A stretch of 32,000 nt of DNA, from contig NC_014205.1 in assembly GCF_000092465.1 (NCBI RefSeq), positions 570,001 through 602,000 of the forward strand. Reading direction: 5' to 3'. The position numbers and the translations under genes were made by a program. Positions 16,509 to 24,760 of the stretch are shown piece by piece (position 1 is the first letter of the stretch; each line of letters begins with the position of its first letter). The notes under the pieces were generated by a model. It was not told the origin of the DNA. It was given only the letters and a program-made list of their open reading frames with translations, and did not search any database. Source of the DNA: Staphylothermus hellenicus DSM 12710 (GTDB lineage Archaea; Thermoproteota; Thermoprotei_A; Sulfolobales; Desulfurococcaceae).

Positions 16509-17369
16509 CTATTTAACTAACTTATAGTATTTACCAGCATGAATTATGACTATGGCTTCCCGGTTCATTTCCTCCAATAATTTTTTCTCCATGGGAGGAA
16601 GTCTTTCCGCTTCTGAGATTGTTATTGGGAATCTTTTCTTGAATTCTTTATAGAATTCTGAATCAACAATAAGTGATCCTATTATTTCAGCTTTTCCCGA
16701 TCTAATCAGTGAGTCAAGTAGGGGTCCCAGAGTGTTTTTCGCTTCATATACATACATTATAGGTGCTGGAAGCTTATTTTCAGTGTTTCTAGCAGGTTTT
16801 TTCGTTCCTAGAGCTAATGCTGGTTTACTAGAGGGTTTTTCTGTTTTTTCCATTATCTTTGCATGTTCTTTTCCTGTTTTTAACATGTTCTTAATAGATT
16901 CAAGATCGGCCGTTATTCTCTGTATTGTTTTTTCTAATTCGTTAATTCTGGATTCCAGAAGCTTTATTTTGGCCATTACTTTTTCTTCGAGACCAACTAA
17001 TTGTTTCTGCTCTATAACTGCTTGTATTTCTTTTTTATCCTCCTCTGCTTCGCGTTTATTCTTCACAATTACCCGTTCTGTTTTCACGGGCTTTTCTTCA
17101 GGTTTTTGCTCTATGGATTCTTTGCCACCAGTTTTCTCTTTGAGAAGAACATTATTTATAAACCATTCGCCCTTGCTTGTTAGTATATAGCCTTTTCCTG
17201 TTTTCTCTATGTACCCATTATTTTTTAGCTTGTATAGTATTGCTCTAGCTGTGGGCAAACTAATATTTAACATTATGGCTACATCTTTTATAGTAGAACC
17301 TGGGTTTTGCCAAACGATCTCTAATACTTTTGCTGTTAATGTCTTCTTCATAATTTTCTTCCCGATCAA
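16509..17369 (-). CDS. Winged-helix DNA-binding protein with central coiled coil and an uncharacterised C-terminal domain
   Basis: The N-terminus (LTAKVLEIVWQNPGSTIKDVAIMLNISLPTARAILYKLKNNGYIEKTGKGYILTSKG) is a MarR/TrmB-like wHTH. Next come ~110 aa of E/K-rich heptad-like sequence (LLESRINELEKTIQRITADLESIKNML). A ~90-aa C-terminal domain carries no motif I recognise. Confidence 0.55.
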   Translation of the reverse strand: MIGKKIMKKTLTAKVLEIVWQNPGSTIKDVAIMLNISLPTARAILYKLKNNGYIEKTGKGYILTSKGEWFINNVLLKEKTGGKESIEQKPEEKPVKTERVIVKNKREAEEDKKEIQAVIEQKQLVGLEEKVMAKIKLLESRINELEKTIQRITADLESIKNMLKTGKEHAKIMEKTEKPSSKPALALGTKKPARNTENKLPAPIMYVYEAKNTLGPLLDSLIRSGKAEIIGSLIVDSEFYKEFKKRFPITISEAERLPPMEKKLLEEMNREAIVIIHAGKYYKLVK

Positions 17370-17511
17370 TATATATATTGGTTACGTCATTTATAACTGA
17401 TATCTTAAGTGAAAAATTGCCCCTAATGAATTGTAGAGGGCTTAAAAAATGTTTTGTGAAATCCCACTTTTGTATATAGTAGATTATATAAGGGTGGGTG
17501 GGATTATTTGT

Positions 17512-17523
17512 TAGGTAGACCTA
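17512..17523. promoter_or_regulatory. Candidate DtxR-family operator (inverted repeat TAGGT-AG-ACCTA)
   Basis: gTTAGGTAGACCTAtc lies 13 nt upstream of ATG 17536 and abuts the TATA-like ATAAATATAT. The half-sites resemble the TTAGGT/ACCTAA arms of DtxR/IdeR boxes. A DtxR-type repressor is the second gene of the operon. Confidence 0.35.
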
Positions 17524-17535
17524 TCAGATAAATAT

Positions 17536-18378
17536 ATGTGGTGTTTTGTTATGAGTGCAAATGAATTATTTGATGAGGAAACTAAGCAAGCTTTAAAAGA
17601 AATATTCCAGCAGTTCCAGCGAAAAATTGTTGATTACTTAGTGGTGGAGGAAGGTTCAGAGAGCGCTTCCGACCCTGATCCCGACCCTGATCCTATTGAT
17701 CCCCCTGATGATCCTAGCGAGGATGAAAACAAACAAACAGCAACCCCTATTCAGCCACACCCTCATGTCCACCATCATGGATGCCCCACTTGTGGAGAAG
17801 CAAAGATGCTGGCAAAAGCCCTCATGGAGGTTTCCGATGGTAAACTAGAATTCAAGATCATAGATAAAAATAGTGAGGAAGCAAAACAGCTTCATGTAAG
17901 ATATGTTCCAGCATTCATATATGGATCACAGAAGAAGAATATTAGATACTATGGATTACCTAGTGGACAAGAATTCGCCCCATTCATATATATTCACTCA
18001 TACATTGCTAATAATGAGGTGAAACTACCAGAAAACGTTATAGAAGAAGCTAAAAAGATTGATGCACCGCTTCATATCAAGATATTCGTTACGCCAGAAT
18101 GCCCCTATTGCCCCTTAACAGTCGATGGTTTCAATCAATTAGCTCTTATAAACGACAAGTTATTAGTTGAAACAATAGAAGCAGTTGAATTGCCCCTAGA
18201 AGCAGATATGTATAATGTAGCATATGTTCCAGACGTCGTAATAACTGATCCAGATAAAATGGATGAGTACGGAGTAGAACCCATTGAGAGAATAAATGGT
18301 TATATGCCCATTGAAGAAACAATAAACATTGTAAAATACGCAGCTGAGAAACTTAAGGAAACGAAGAAGCAGGGCTAG
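17536..18378 (+). CDS. Protein disulfide oxidoreductase (PDO, two thioredoxin folds, two CxxC sites) with an acidic/His-rich insertion
   Basis: The first redox site is CPTC. The second, FVTPECPYCPL, is almost identical to the C-unit motif of archaeal PDOs, and YYGLPSGQEFAPFI matches the PDO linker motif. The alternative start is ATG 17551. Confidence 0.8.
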   Translation: MWCFVMSANELFDEETKQALKEIFQQFQRKIVDYLVVEEGSESASDPDPDPDPIDPPDDPSEDENKQTATPIQPHPHVHHHGCPTCGEAKMLAKALMEVSDGKLEFKIIDKNSEEAKQLHVRYVPAFIYGSQKKNIRYYGLPSGQEFAPFIYIHSYIANNEVKLPENVIEEAKKIDAPLHIKIFVTPECPYCPLTVDGFNQLALINDKLLVETIEAVELPLEADMYNVAYVPDVVITDPDKMDEYGVEPIERINGYMPIEETINIVKYAAEKLKETKKQG

Positions 18379-18391
18379 GGGCCACCCATAA

Positions 18392-18799
18392 TTGATTCTA
18401 CGTGATAAAGTAAAACCTTGGAGAGCTGAGGATTACTTAGAAGCAATACATGCTATGAAACAACAAGGTCTAAGACCAAGAGTTAGAGAATTAGCTAGAA
18501 GATTAGGGATCAAACCTAGCAGTGTCGTGGAATATTTGAAGAAGCTCGACGAGTTAGGATACATAGTCTATAAGAAAGGTGGATTTATTAAATTAACAGA
18601 TAAAGGCAAGTCATTAGCGGAAAAAGTTTATAGGAGACATGTATTGCTAACCGAGTTCCTAGTAGCTATAGGTGTTCCAAGAGATATAGCTGAAATAGAT
18701 GCATGCTATATGGAGCACGGCCTACACGATGAAACTATTAATAAAATAATGGAATTCTTAAAGAAAAACCTGAAAAATAAAGGTTTAAGCACTAGATAA
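18392..18799 (+). CDS. DtxR/MntR-family metal-dependent transcriptional repressor
   Basis: AEDYLEAIHAM...VRELARRLGIKPSSVVEYLKKLDELGYI...LTDKGKSLAEKVYRRHVLLTEFL...IDACYMEHGL matches the DtxR wHTH plus dimerisation/metal-site helix layout. The TTG start is 13 nt after the PDO stop. Confidence 0.8.
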   Translation: MILRDKVKPWRAEDYLEAIHAMKQQGLRPRVRELARRLGIKPSSVVEYLKKLDELGYIVYKKGGFIKLTDKGKSLAEKVYRRHVLLTEFLVAIGVPRDIAEIDACYMEHGLHDETINKIMEFLKKNLKNKGLSTR

Positions 18800-19597
18800 A
18801 TATTTTTCTAGCAAAATAACAAGCCTAACAGCATCATTACCTATAATACAATTACCCATATATGGATCAACACGTTTCTCAAATCCATATTTCGAACAGA
18901 ACTTTACTATTTCATCTAGTAAACCACATATAAAGAATTGATTTGGCTGAACCCATTCATATTCCTTATAAGTATTAATACTTACAGGCTCAACACATTC
19001 TCTGACAAAACCATGGCCAGCCTTAATAATTGCTGAAACATATACTGTGTCGCCTAAACTTCTTCCCCCAATAATTAATTTATTATTCATTATTTTTCTC
19101 AGCAACTCCTCATTCTTAAACAACCTATTCAAAGCATTGTTAAGTCTGTGAAAAACCCTGTGTTCAGAAATAACGATTTTCATATATTTAAAAGGATCAC
19201 CTTCCCCCAGAGCTAGAATATCCATGACTTCTAGAAAAGCTTTCCTCTGATCAGAACCCTTACCTATCATACACGCGTATAAACCAGCAAAAATTCTTGG
19301 ATCAATTTTTGAACGTGTTAGGTATCCTTCTACTCTTTCATTACCAATATTTAATGTATGCATATAGATTTCTCCGTGTTTCTGATTCAACATTATTCCT
19401 GTAGAAGCATTTATTCCTTCATATATAATCGATAATTCATTGCTTTCTCTAATGATAGCTATACCATTATTTTTCTTCACCAATACTAATTCTGGTTCTG
19501 ATCCACTAGATACTGATGGTTTACATCCCCCTATGAACACGCCTATCGATAAATAAATGATATCCTCGATATTGAAGTCTTTGAAGCCAATAATCAA
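18785..19597 (-). CDS. Uncharacterised 270-aa protein, last gene of the lplA-lplB operon
   Basis: This is a long ORF with no alternative frame. Its ATG (19597-19595) directly abuts the lplB stop codon (19600-19598). I recognise no motif. Confidence 0.6.
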   Translation of the reverse strand: MIIGFKDFNIEDIIYLSIGVFIGGCKPSVSSGSEPELVLVKKNNGIAIIRESNELSIIYEGINASTGIMLNQKHGEIYMHTLNIGNERVEGYLTRSKIDPRIFAGLYACMIGKGSDQRKAFLEVMDILALGEGDPFKYMKIVISEHRVFHRLNNALNRLFKNEELLRKIMNNKLIIGGRSLGDTVYVSAIIKAGHGFVRECVEPVSINTYKEYEWVQPNQFFICGLLDEIVKFCSKYGFEKRVDPYMGNCIIGNDAVRLVILLEKYLSSA

Positions 19598-19885
19598 TTA
19601 TGATACCCCATGAAATATTTTTATTAATATGTTCTTTATGTTTTCGAGGCTTATTCCAAGTAATTTAATTTTATCTCTATAATCATCTATGATCCTTATT
19701 GCTTCATTAATTGTTTTACCCTTCAAATCATTTTCTAATAGCTCTATTCCTTCCTCGGGATAAGCGAAGAAGTCCCCGCTTATAATGATGTCAATAATGG
19801 TATTGTCTTTGATTTCCACGTCAATTTTTAGAGTTTTTCCTCCGGGGACTCTATAAGTTATTGATTTTTTAATAGGATTATTCAT
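19598..19885 (-). CDS. lplB: Lipoate-protein ligase C-terminal domain protein (LplB)
   Basis: This 95-aa ORF starts 4 nt after the lplA stop. YRVPGGKTLKIDVEIKDNTIIDIIISGDFFAYPEE matches the accessory C-terminal domain of LplA, which is encoded separately in several archaea. Confidence 0.7.
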   Translation of the reverse strand: MNNPIKKSITYRVPGGKTLKIDVEIKDNTIIDIIISGDFFAYPEEGIELLENDLKGKTINEAIRIIDDYRDKIKLLGISLENIKNILIKIFHGVS

Positions 19886-19889
19886 GTAT

Positions 19890-20648
19890 TCACCTCTTAA
19901 AGATCCATTCTCTAGACCGGTATTTATCGATAAGTAAACTAGCTAGCTCTAATTCTTCTCCCCAATAATTATCCCTAACCAGTTTTATGTTTAGGGCTTT
20001 TTCAAAACCTTTTATTAATGCATCAATTACGTCTTCTTTTCTAGGCTTATAACCTAAGATTTTCTCGAGAGTAGTAACTCTATCATGTAATGTTCTAGCT
20101 TTATGTGAGGATAGTTTTTCTTTGGGAGGCCTTAGTACTTTGCCGAGTATATCAATGTTTGTTGCATACATGAGTGTTCCATGTTGCATAAGAGCTTTTC
20201 TACGGCGGGTTTGAGCGTTTCCAGAGATCTTTCTCCCCATTACCACTATGTCATTTATAGGCTTATACTCAGCTTTAACTCCGAGCTCTTTTAGTGCTTC
20301 AATTATTCCATAACATATCTTCTTGTATGATTCAAGAATATTCTTGGAGACACTATCTATACTTGTTGTTATGGAATATGTTACTTCGCCGTCTTGATCA
20401 TGATAAACTGCTCCACCACCAGTTATTCTACGAGTATAATCTATTCTATACTTGTCTAGGTAGTCTAAGTTTAATACATCTTTTATCTTCTGAAAATAAC
20501 CAATAGTAACCGCGCTGGGACGCATTACATAGATTCTAATAGTGTTTGGAATAATTTCTTTTTCTCTCAGTATAAGTAGTGCTTCATCCATAGCCATGTT
20601 ATAGTAAACATTTGCTTCATCAATTATTAATCTCCAAGATGACACCAT
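19890..20648 (-). CDS. lplA: Lipoate-protein ligase A, catalytic domain
   Basis: RRITGGGAVYHDQDGEVTYS and GRKISGNAQTRRRKALMQHGTLMY are the canonical LplA/BPL_LplA_LipB motifs, including the conserved lysine. At 252 aa it comprises the catalytic domain only. Confidence 0.85.
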   Translation of the reverse strand: MVSSWRLIIDEANVYYNMAMDEALLILREKEIIPNTIRIYVMRPSAVTIGYFQKIKDVLNLDYLDKYRIDYTRRITGGGAVYHDQDGEVTYSITTSIDSVSKNILESYKKICYGIIEALKELGVKAEYKPINDIVVMGRKISGNAQTRRRKALMQHGTLMYATNIDILGKVLRPPKEKLSSHKARTLHDRVTTLEKILGYKPRKEDVIDALIKGFEKALNIKLVRDNYWGEELELASLLIDKYRSREWIFKR

Positions 20649-20767
20649 TTACCAGCCCATTACCTATTATTTCATCAATTACATAACTATTTATCAGAAA
20701 TATTCAGCTATAAATAATCTAGTAGAAAAATGTTGGAAAAGTATTCAGTAGTGGTGAGAACGGTTTA

Positions 20768-21742
20768 ATGGATGACCTAACTATTAGAGCATCCTTATGG
20801 TCTCTCGTCAAATTAGGGCTAATTGATGGTCCGCAAATAAGTTATCCGATGAATATAGTATACTTACTCCAATACTCGGATAAAGGATGTTTAGCACGAT
20901 GCAAATTCTGTGCTCAAAGCATAGTTAATTCCTCTCCGAAAAAATTCTTATCAAGAATTACCTGGCCAACCACTAGGTTGAGCAAAATAATAAATGCTCT
21001 TAAAAAACATAGGGGAGAAGTTCGAAGAATATGTTTTCAGACAATAATAAAGCCTTGGTTTCTGGATGAAGCACTGAATATTATTAGAGAATTAAACAAT
21101 AACGTTCCAGAAATACCGATCAGTTTAGCTATAACACCTATCCCGAGAAAATTTCTCGAAGAATTCAGAGAGTACGGAGTAGATTATCTCGGAGTAGGAC
21201 TAGATGCTTCATCTCCCAGGATTTTCAGAATTGTTAATAAACCATACTCGTGGAGCATATATATGAAATTCATCGATGAAGCCATAGAAATATATGGATA
21301 TAGAAGAGTAATGGTTCACTTAATTGTAGGCTTGGGTGAGAAACCATTAGAACTATATAAGTTAATGGAAGAGCTTATTATGAGAGGCGCTAATATAGCA
21401 TTATTCGCTTATACACCAATAGATAAAGGTGTATGGAAGCCTGAGATAAACATATTACGTTATCGTGAAGCTCAAATTATCAGGTATTTCTTGCTTAAAG
21501 GATATAGGCTCAACGAAATACTCGATGAAAACAACAGGGTTAACAATGATGTTCTCGAAGAAATAATTAAGCATATAGAGAAATATCTGGGAATATTCAT
21601 AACTAGTGGATGCCCATATTGTAATAGACCCTACTATAATGAAAGCCCCCGCGGCCCCTTCTACAATTTCTATTCTAGAAACCATGTAATGAAATACTTG
21701 GATAGTATCATTAATGAACTAGAAAAACTGAGAAATAGGTGA
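20768..21742 (+). CDS. Radical SAM protein, candidate subunit of a two-component archaeal lipoyl synthase (LipS1/LipS2 type)
   Basis: The motif is CLARCKFCAQS (Cx3Cx2C). The gene is divergent from lplA across a 119-bp spacer and overlaps the next radical-SAM gene. C-terminal cysteines (GCPYCNRPYY) could bind an auxiliary cluster. Confidence 0.55.
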   Translation: MDDLTIRASLWSLVKLGLIDGPQISYPMNIVYLLQYSDKGCLARCKFCAQSIVNSSPKKFLSRITWPTTRLSKIINALKKHRGEVRRICFQTIIKPWFLDEALNIIRELNNNVPEIPISLAITPIPRKFLEEFREYGVDYLGVGLDASSPRIFRIVNKPYSWSIYMKFIDEAIEIYGYRRVMVHLIVGLGEKPLELYKLMEELIMRGANIALFAYTPIDKGVWKPEINILRYREAQIIRYFLLKGYRLNEILDENNRVNNDVLEEIIKHIEKYLGIFITSGCPYCNRPYYNESPRGPFYNFYSRNHVMKYLDSIINELEKLRNR

Positions 21743-22614
21743 AAAATATAATGAGTAGAGAGATCCTTGTATTTATACCTGGTAAGAAATTTCCTGGTAT
21801 AAGCATTACCGGTAATAAATGCTGGCTTATGTGCAGTTATTGTATGGGAAGATTCTTGAAAGGCATGGATCATGTATATACGCCTAAACAACTATATGAT
21901 TTAGCGAGATATTATGCTGAGAAAGGAGCTTATGGATTATTGATCAGCGGCGGATTTACTAGGGAGGGATATCTACCGATCCAGCCGTACCTAGATACTA
22001 TAAGAGAGATAAAGAAAGATTTCGAGCTCATCATAAATGTTCATCCAGGAATAATCAATGAAGAATTAGCAATAAAGCTGAGAAACGCTGGTGTCGATAT
22101 AGTAGATTATGAACTAGTACTGGATAACAAGGTTATTAGAGATATTAAGCATCTCAACAAGACTATCGAAGACTATATTAGGACATACGAGATACTGGTC
22201 AGAGAAGGCCCACCATATATTGCTCCACATATTATGATAGGAGCAAAATATGGAAATATTGATTGGGAATACATAGCTATTGATTTATTGAAAGATTATA
22301 ATCCATACCTAGTAGTTTTTCTTCTAATAATACCGGCGCGTGGAACATTATTTGAAAACGTTTCTATACCAAGTATTGACCAGGTTGTTAATGTTTTAAG
22401 ATATGCTAGGAGAAAATTAAATACAGAAATAAGCATGGGATGTATGCGTCCTCCTCAAGTAAAAAACTTATTAGACAAGATCATTGTTGAGCATGAACTA
22501 GTTGATAGAATTGTTAATCCACACCCCTCACTAATTAGAAAATATGGTTTCAAAACTATTGAAACATGCTGTTCTGTGCCGAGGAAAATTCTTGTTGAAA
22601 AGGGGCTTCTATGA
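21739..22614 (+). CDS. Radical SAM protein, second candidate subunit of a LipS1/LipS2-type lipoyl synthase
   Basis: The motif is CWLMCSYCMGR (Cx3Cx2C). GTG 21739 overlaps the upstream stop (GTGA), and the alternative start is ATG 21751. C-terminal cysteines (GCMRP, ETCCSVP) are present. Confidence 0.55.
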   Translation: MKNIMSREILVFIPGKKFPGISITGNKCWLMCSYCMGRFLKGMDHVYTPKQLYDLARYYAEKGAYGLLISGGFTREGYLPIQPYLDTIREIKKDFELIINVHPGIINEELAIKLRNAGVDIVDYELVLDNKVIRDIKHLNKTIEDYIRTYEILVREGPPYIAPHIMIGAKYGNIDWEYIAIDLLKDYNPYLVVFLLIIPARGTLFENVSIPSIDQVVNVLRYARRKLNTEISMGCMRPPQVKNLLDKIIVEHELVDRIVNPHPSLIRKYGFKTIETCCSVPRKILVEKGLL

Positions 22615-22649
22615 AAAACCTATATTACTTAATATGAGCAATTTATTTT

Positions 22650-22725
22650 TGATGGATGAGGATGGTCCCGAACACTGCGGACTCTTATTTTTGAGAGGAT
22701 GAAGAAGCGGTGGCTGGCCGATATT
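22650..22725 (+). ncRNA. Box C/D sRNA candidate with degenerate boxes
   Basis: A GC-rich ~65-nt island lies between two convergent genes. It reads AUGAGGA(22656-22662)-12 nt-CUGC(22675-22678)-20 nt-AUGAAGA(22699-22705)-12 nt-CCGA(22718-22721). A T-run (TATTTATTTTT) follows, and TATATTA lies about 30 nt upstream. Confidence 0.4.
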
Positions 22726-22730
22726 TATTT

Positions 22731-23450
22731 TTATGATGTAAATGTTTTGAGCAATAATATGACTACTATAATGCAGGCTATAATGAGAATTAAATTATGT
22801 TTTCTCGAGTTCTCGGCTGGGAGTAAATGTTTCATTGAAGTGTTTAATCTATGATGGTTTGATTCATTAACCATATCACTATATTCTAGTAGTGAAGCCA
22901 TTGCTGGACCTAGTCTTTTTCCAACATTTTCCTTTTTCAACTCTCCTATTGCTAGAGATTCCTGCATTGATTTTAATCCATACGGCATTGCCCGCCATAA
23001 TAGTATTGGTGCAACACTATTTCTTCTAAGACCTAGCTTTAACAATATGTTTGCAAGCCTGACTGGACTAATAATTGATCCAAAGAATAAAAGGATAAGT
23101 GAAAATGTAGTGGTTCGTAGATATATTATGAATACATCCATATATGATATGGGCCAGGATAATCCAGTATATGAGAATAGAAGAGCTGTAATTGCATACC
23201 ATAAACCAGGGATGCTTGATAATGTAAATGATGATATAAACCATGAGAAACTTAAACCAGTTATTCCCAGTATCAGTATTAATAGTATAATCGATAATGA
23301 TGAATACAGTGAATGATCAATTATGAAATATGTAAGCATTAAAGCTAGTAATAATATTTTCACTAGGGAACTAGTTGCTCTAAATCCTTCCTCTCCTTTA
23401 AGAAATAATGATTTATAGACCAGATCTACTAGAATACCTATTATTCGCAT
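22731..23450 (-). CDS. ecfT: ECF transporter transmembrane (T) component, EcfT/CbiQ family
   Basis: The protein has 5-6 TM helices and a C-terminal cytoplasmic region. That region has the Ala-Arg-Gly-like coupling motifs in degenerate form (WRAMPYGLKSMQESLAIGE). The gene overlaps the fused ATPase gene. The start is ATG 23450 or ATG 23477. Confidence 0.65.
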   Translation of the reverse strand: MRIIGILVDLVYKSLFLKGEEGFRATSSLVKILLLALMLTYFIIDHSLYSSLSIILLILILGITGLSFSWFISSFTLSSIPGLWYAITALLFSYTGLSWPISYMDVFIIYLRTTTFSLILLFFGSIISPVRLANILLKLGLRRNSVAPILLWRAMPYGLKSMQESLAIGELKKENVGKRLGPAMASLLEYSDMVNESNHHRLNTSMKHLLPAENSRKHNLILIIACIIVVILLLKTFTS

Positions 23451-24760
23451 GTAAGCGCACCTTCTCTTAGAATACATGTTTTATCAAAGAAGGGGTATAG
23501 TCTTTCATCATGGCTTGCAATAATGATTGCTTTATTATTTCTCTTCAAAAACATTATCTCATCTAATAATTCCTCTAAATTATAATTATCTAGCCCACCA
23601 CTAGGTTCATCTAATAAATAAATATCGTATCCTGCGAGAAAAGCTGATGCAAGAGCTACACGGCGGCGCTCACCGCTGCTGAGCTTAGATAATGGTCTGT
23701 CAAGCAGTTCTTCTAATCCAAATCTTTTCGTTATTCTTTCGAACTCCCCCGGATCCCTTGTTGATGCAGATAATTCTTCTCTCGGAGTAGGATAAGAATA
23801 ATATAATAATGGGTTCTCAGGTATGTAGATTATACTACCATATCTTATAATATCTCCTCTATTCGGCTTCAGTATGCCTGCAAATATTTTTAATAAAGTA
23901 GTCTTACCTGCACCGTTCCTTCCAGATATACCGGTTACTTCTCCACTATAAGCTTCGAAACTAATATTCCGTAAAACATAGTTTTCACCAGGATATTTGA
24001 ACCATATATTTTTAGAAACTAGTAGGGGTTGTCTCTTTTTATATTGATTGGTTACTTTTCCTATATTCATGTTCGGCTTAGGTATAAGATCCTCCCTATA
24101 TGGTCCTAGGTATTTTTGAATACCCTTATCTAGAACCAATATTTTCGGGTCAAATTCTAACCAGTTCTCAGGCATATGGTCAACAATTACTGCGGTACCA
24201 TTTGCTTCAACGAATTTCTTCACGAATCCTATGAATTCTAACCTACTAGTACTATCAATATATATGAGTGGTTCGTCTAGGAAAAGAATCTCCGATCCTT
24301 TATCAATACTTGATGCCCATAAAAGTCTTTGATATTCTCCAGCGCTTAAACCGTAAGTTATATGTTTTTCTAGTTTGCCTAGACCATATATTTCTAGTCT
24401 TCTAGGATCACATTTAATGTTCGCTGCAGATAATGCATGGCAATACTCTACATAAACCACGTGCCCGATAACTGCATACCATGGGTCTTGAGGAATATAT
24501 GATATAAGCTTGTAGAGTTCCTCGCTAGAATACTTTGTTATAGGCTTGTTTTTTACCAGTACTACTCCTTTAAAATAACCGTTTGATAAATATAAAATGT
24601 TGAGCAGAGTTTTTAACAGAGTTGTTTTCCCAGATCCGGATCTACCTGTTATGACAAGTATTTCTCCCCTGCCAAGCTTGAAAGAAATATTCTTTATAGA
24701 AAAACCTTTATGATAACCGGCTTCAATAATGTTTGCTTCAATCACTTTTTCCTCTGCCAT
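23441..24760 (-). CDS. ecfA: Fused double ATPase of an ECF/CbiO-type ABC transporter (EcfA-EcfA')
   Basis: Two complete cassettes are present. The first has GRSGSGKTTLLK, LSAGEYQRLLWA and LFLDEP. The second has GRNGAGKTTLLK, LSSGERRRVALA and YLLDEPSGGLD. Confidence 0.85.
   Translation of the reverse strand: MAEEKVIEANIIEAGYHKGFSIKNISFKLGRGEILVITGRSGSGKTTLLKTLLNILYLSNGYFKGVVLVKNKPITKYSSEELYKLISYIPQDPWYAVIGHVVYVEYCHALSAANIKCDPRRLEIYGLGKLEKHITYGLSAGEYQRLLWASSIDKGSEILFLDEPLIYIDSTSRLEFIGFVKKFVEANGTAVIVDHMPENWLEFDPKILVLDKGIQKYLGPYREDLIPKPNMNIGKVTNQYKKRQPLLVSKNIWFKYPGENYVLRNISFEAYSGEVTGISGRNGAGKTTLLKIFAGILKPNRGDIIRYGSIIYIPENPLLYYSYPTPREELSASTRDPGEFERITKRFGLEELLDRPLSKLSSGERRRVALASAFLAGYDIYLLDEPSGGLDNYNLEELLDEIMFLKRNNKAIIIASHDERLYPFFDKTCILREGALTCE

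Noticed and set aside
16732-17400. Plus-strand ORFs 16732..17190, 17001..17183 and 17209..17400, opposite the wHTH/coiled-coil gene.
   Set aside because: Their Phe/Ser/Leu-rich translations are typical of the antisense of an E/K-rich coiled-coil coding region.
17671-17694. Tandem 12-bp DNA repeat GACCCTGATCCC/GACCCTGATCCT, considered as a non-coding repeat or CRISPR-like unit.
   Set aside because: It is in frame inside the PDO gene and encodes the (Asp-Pro)n tract. It is reported as part of the protein insertion instead.
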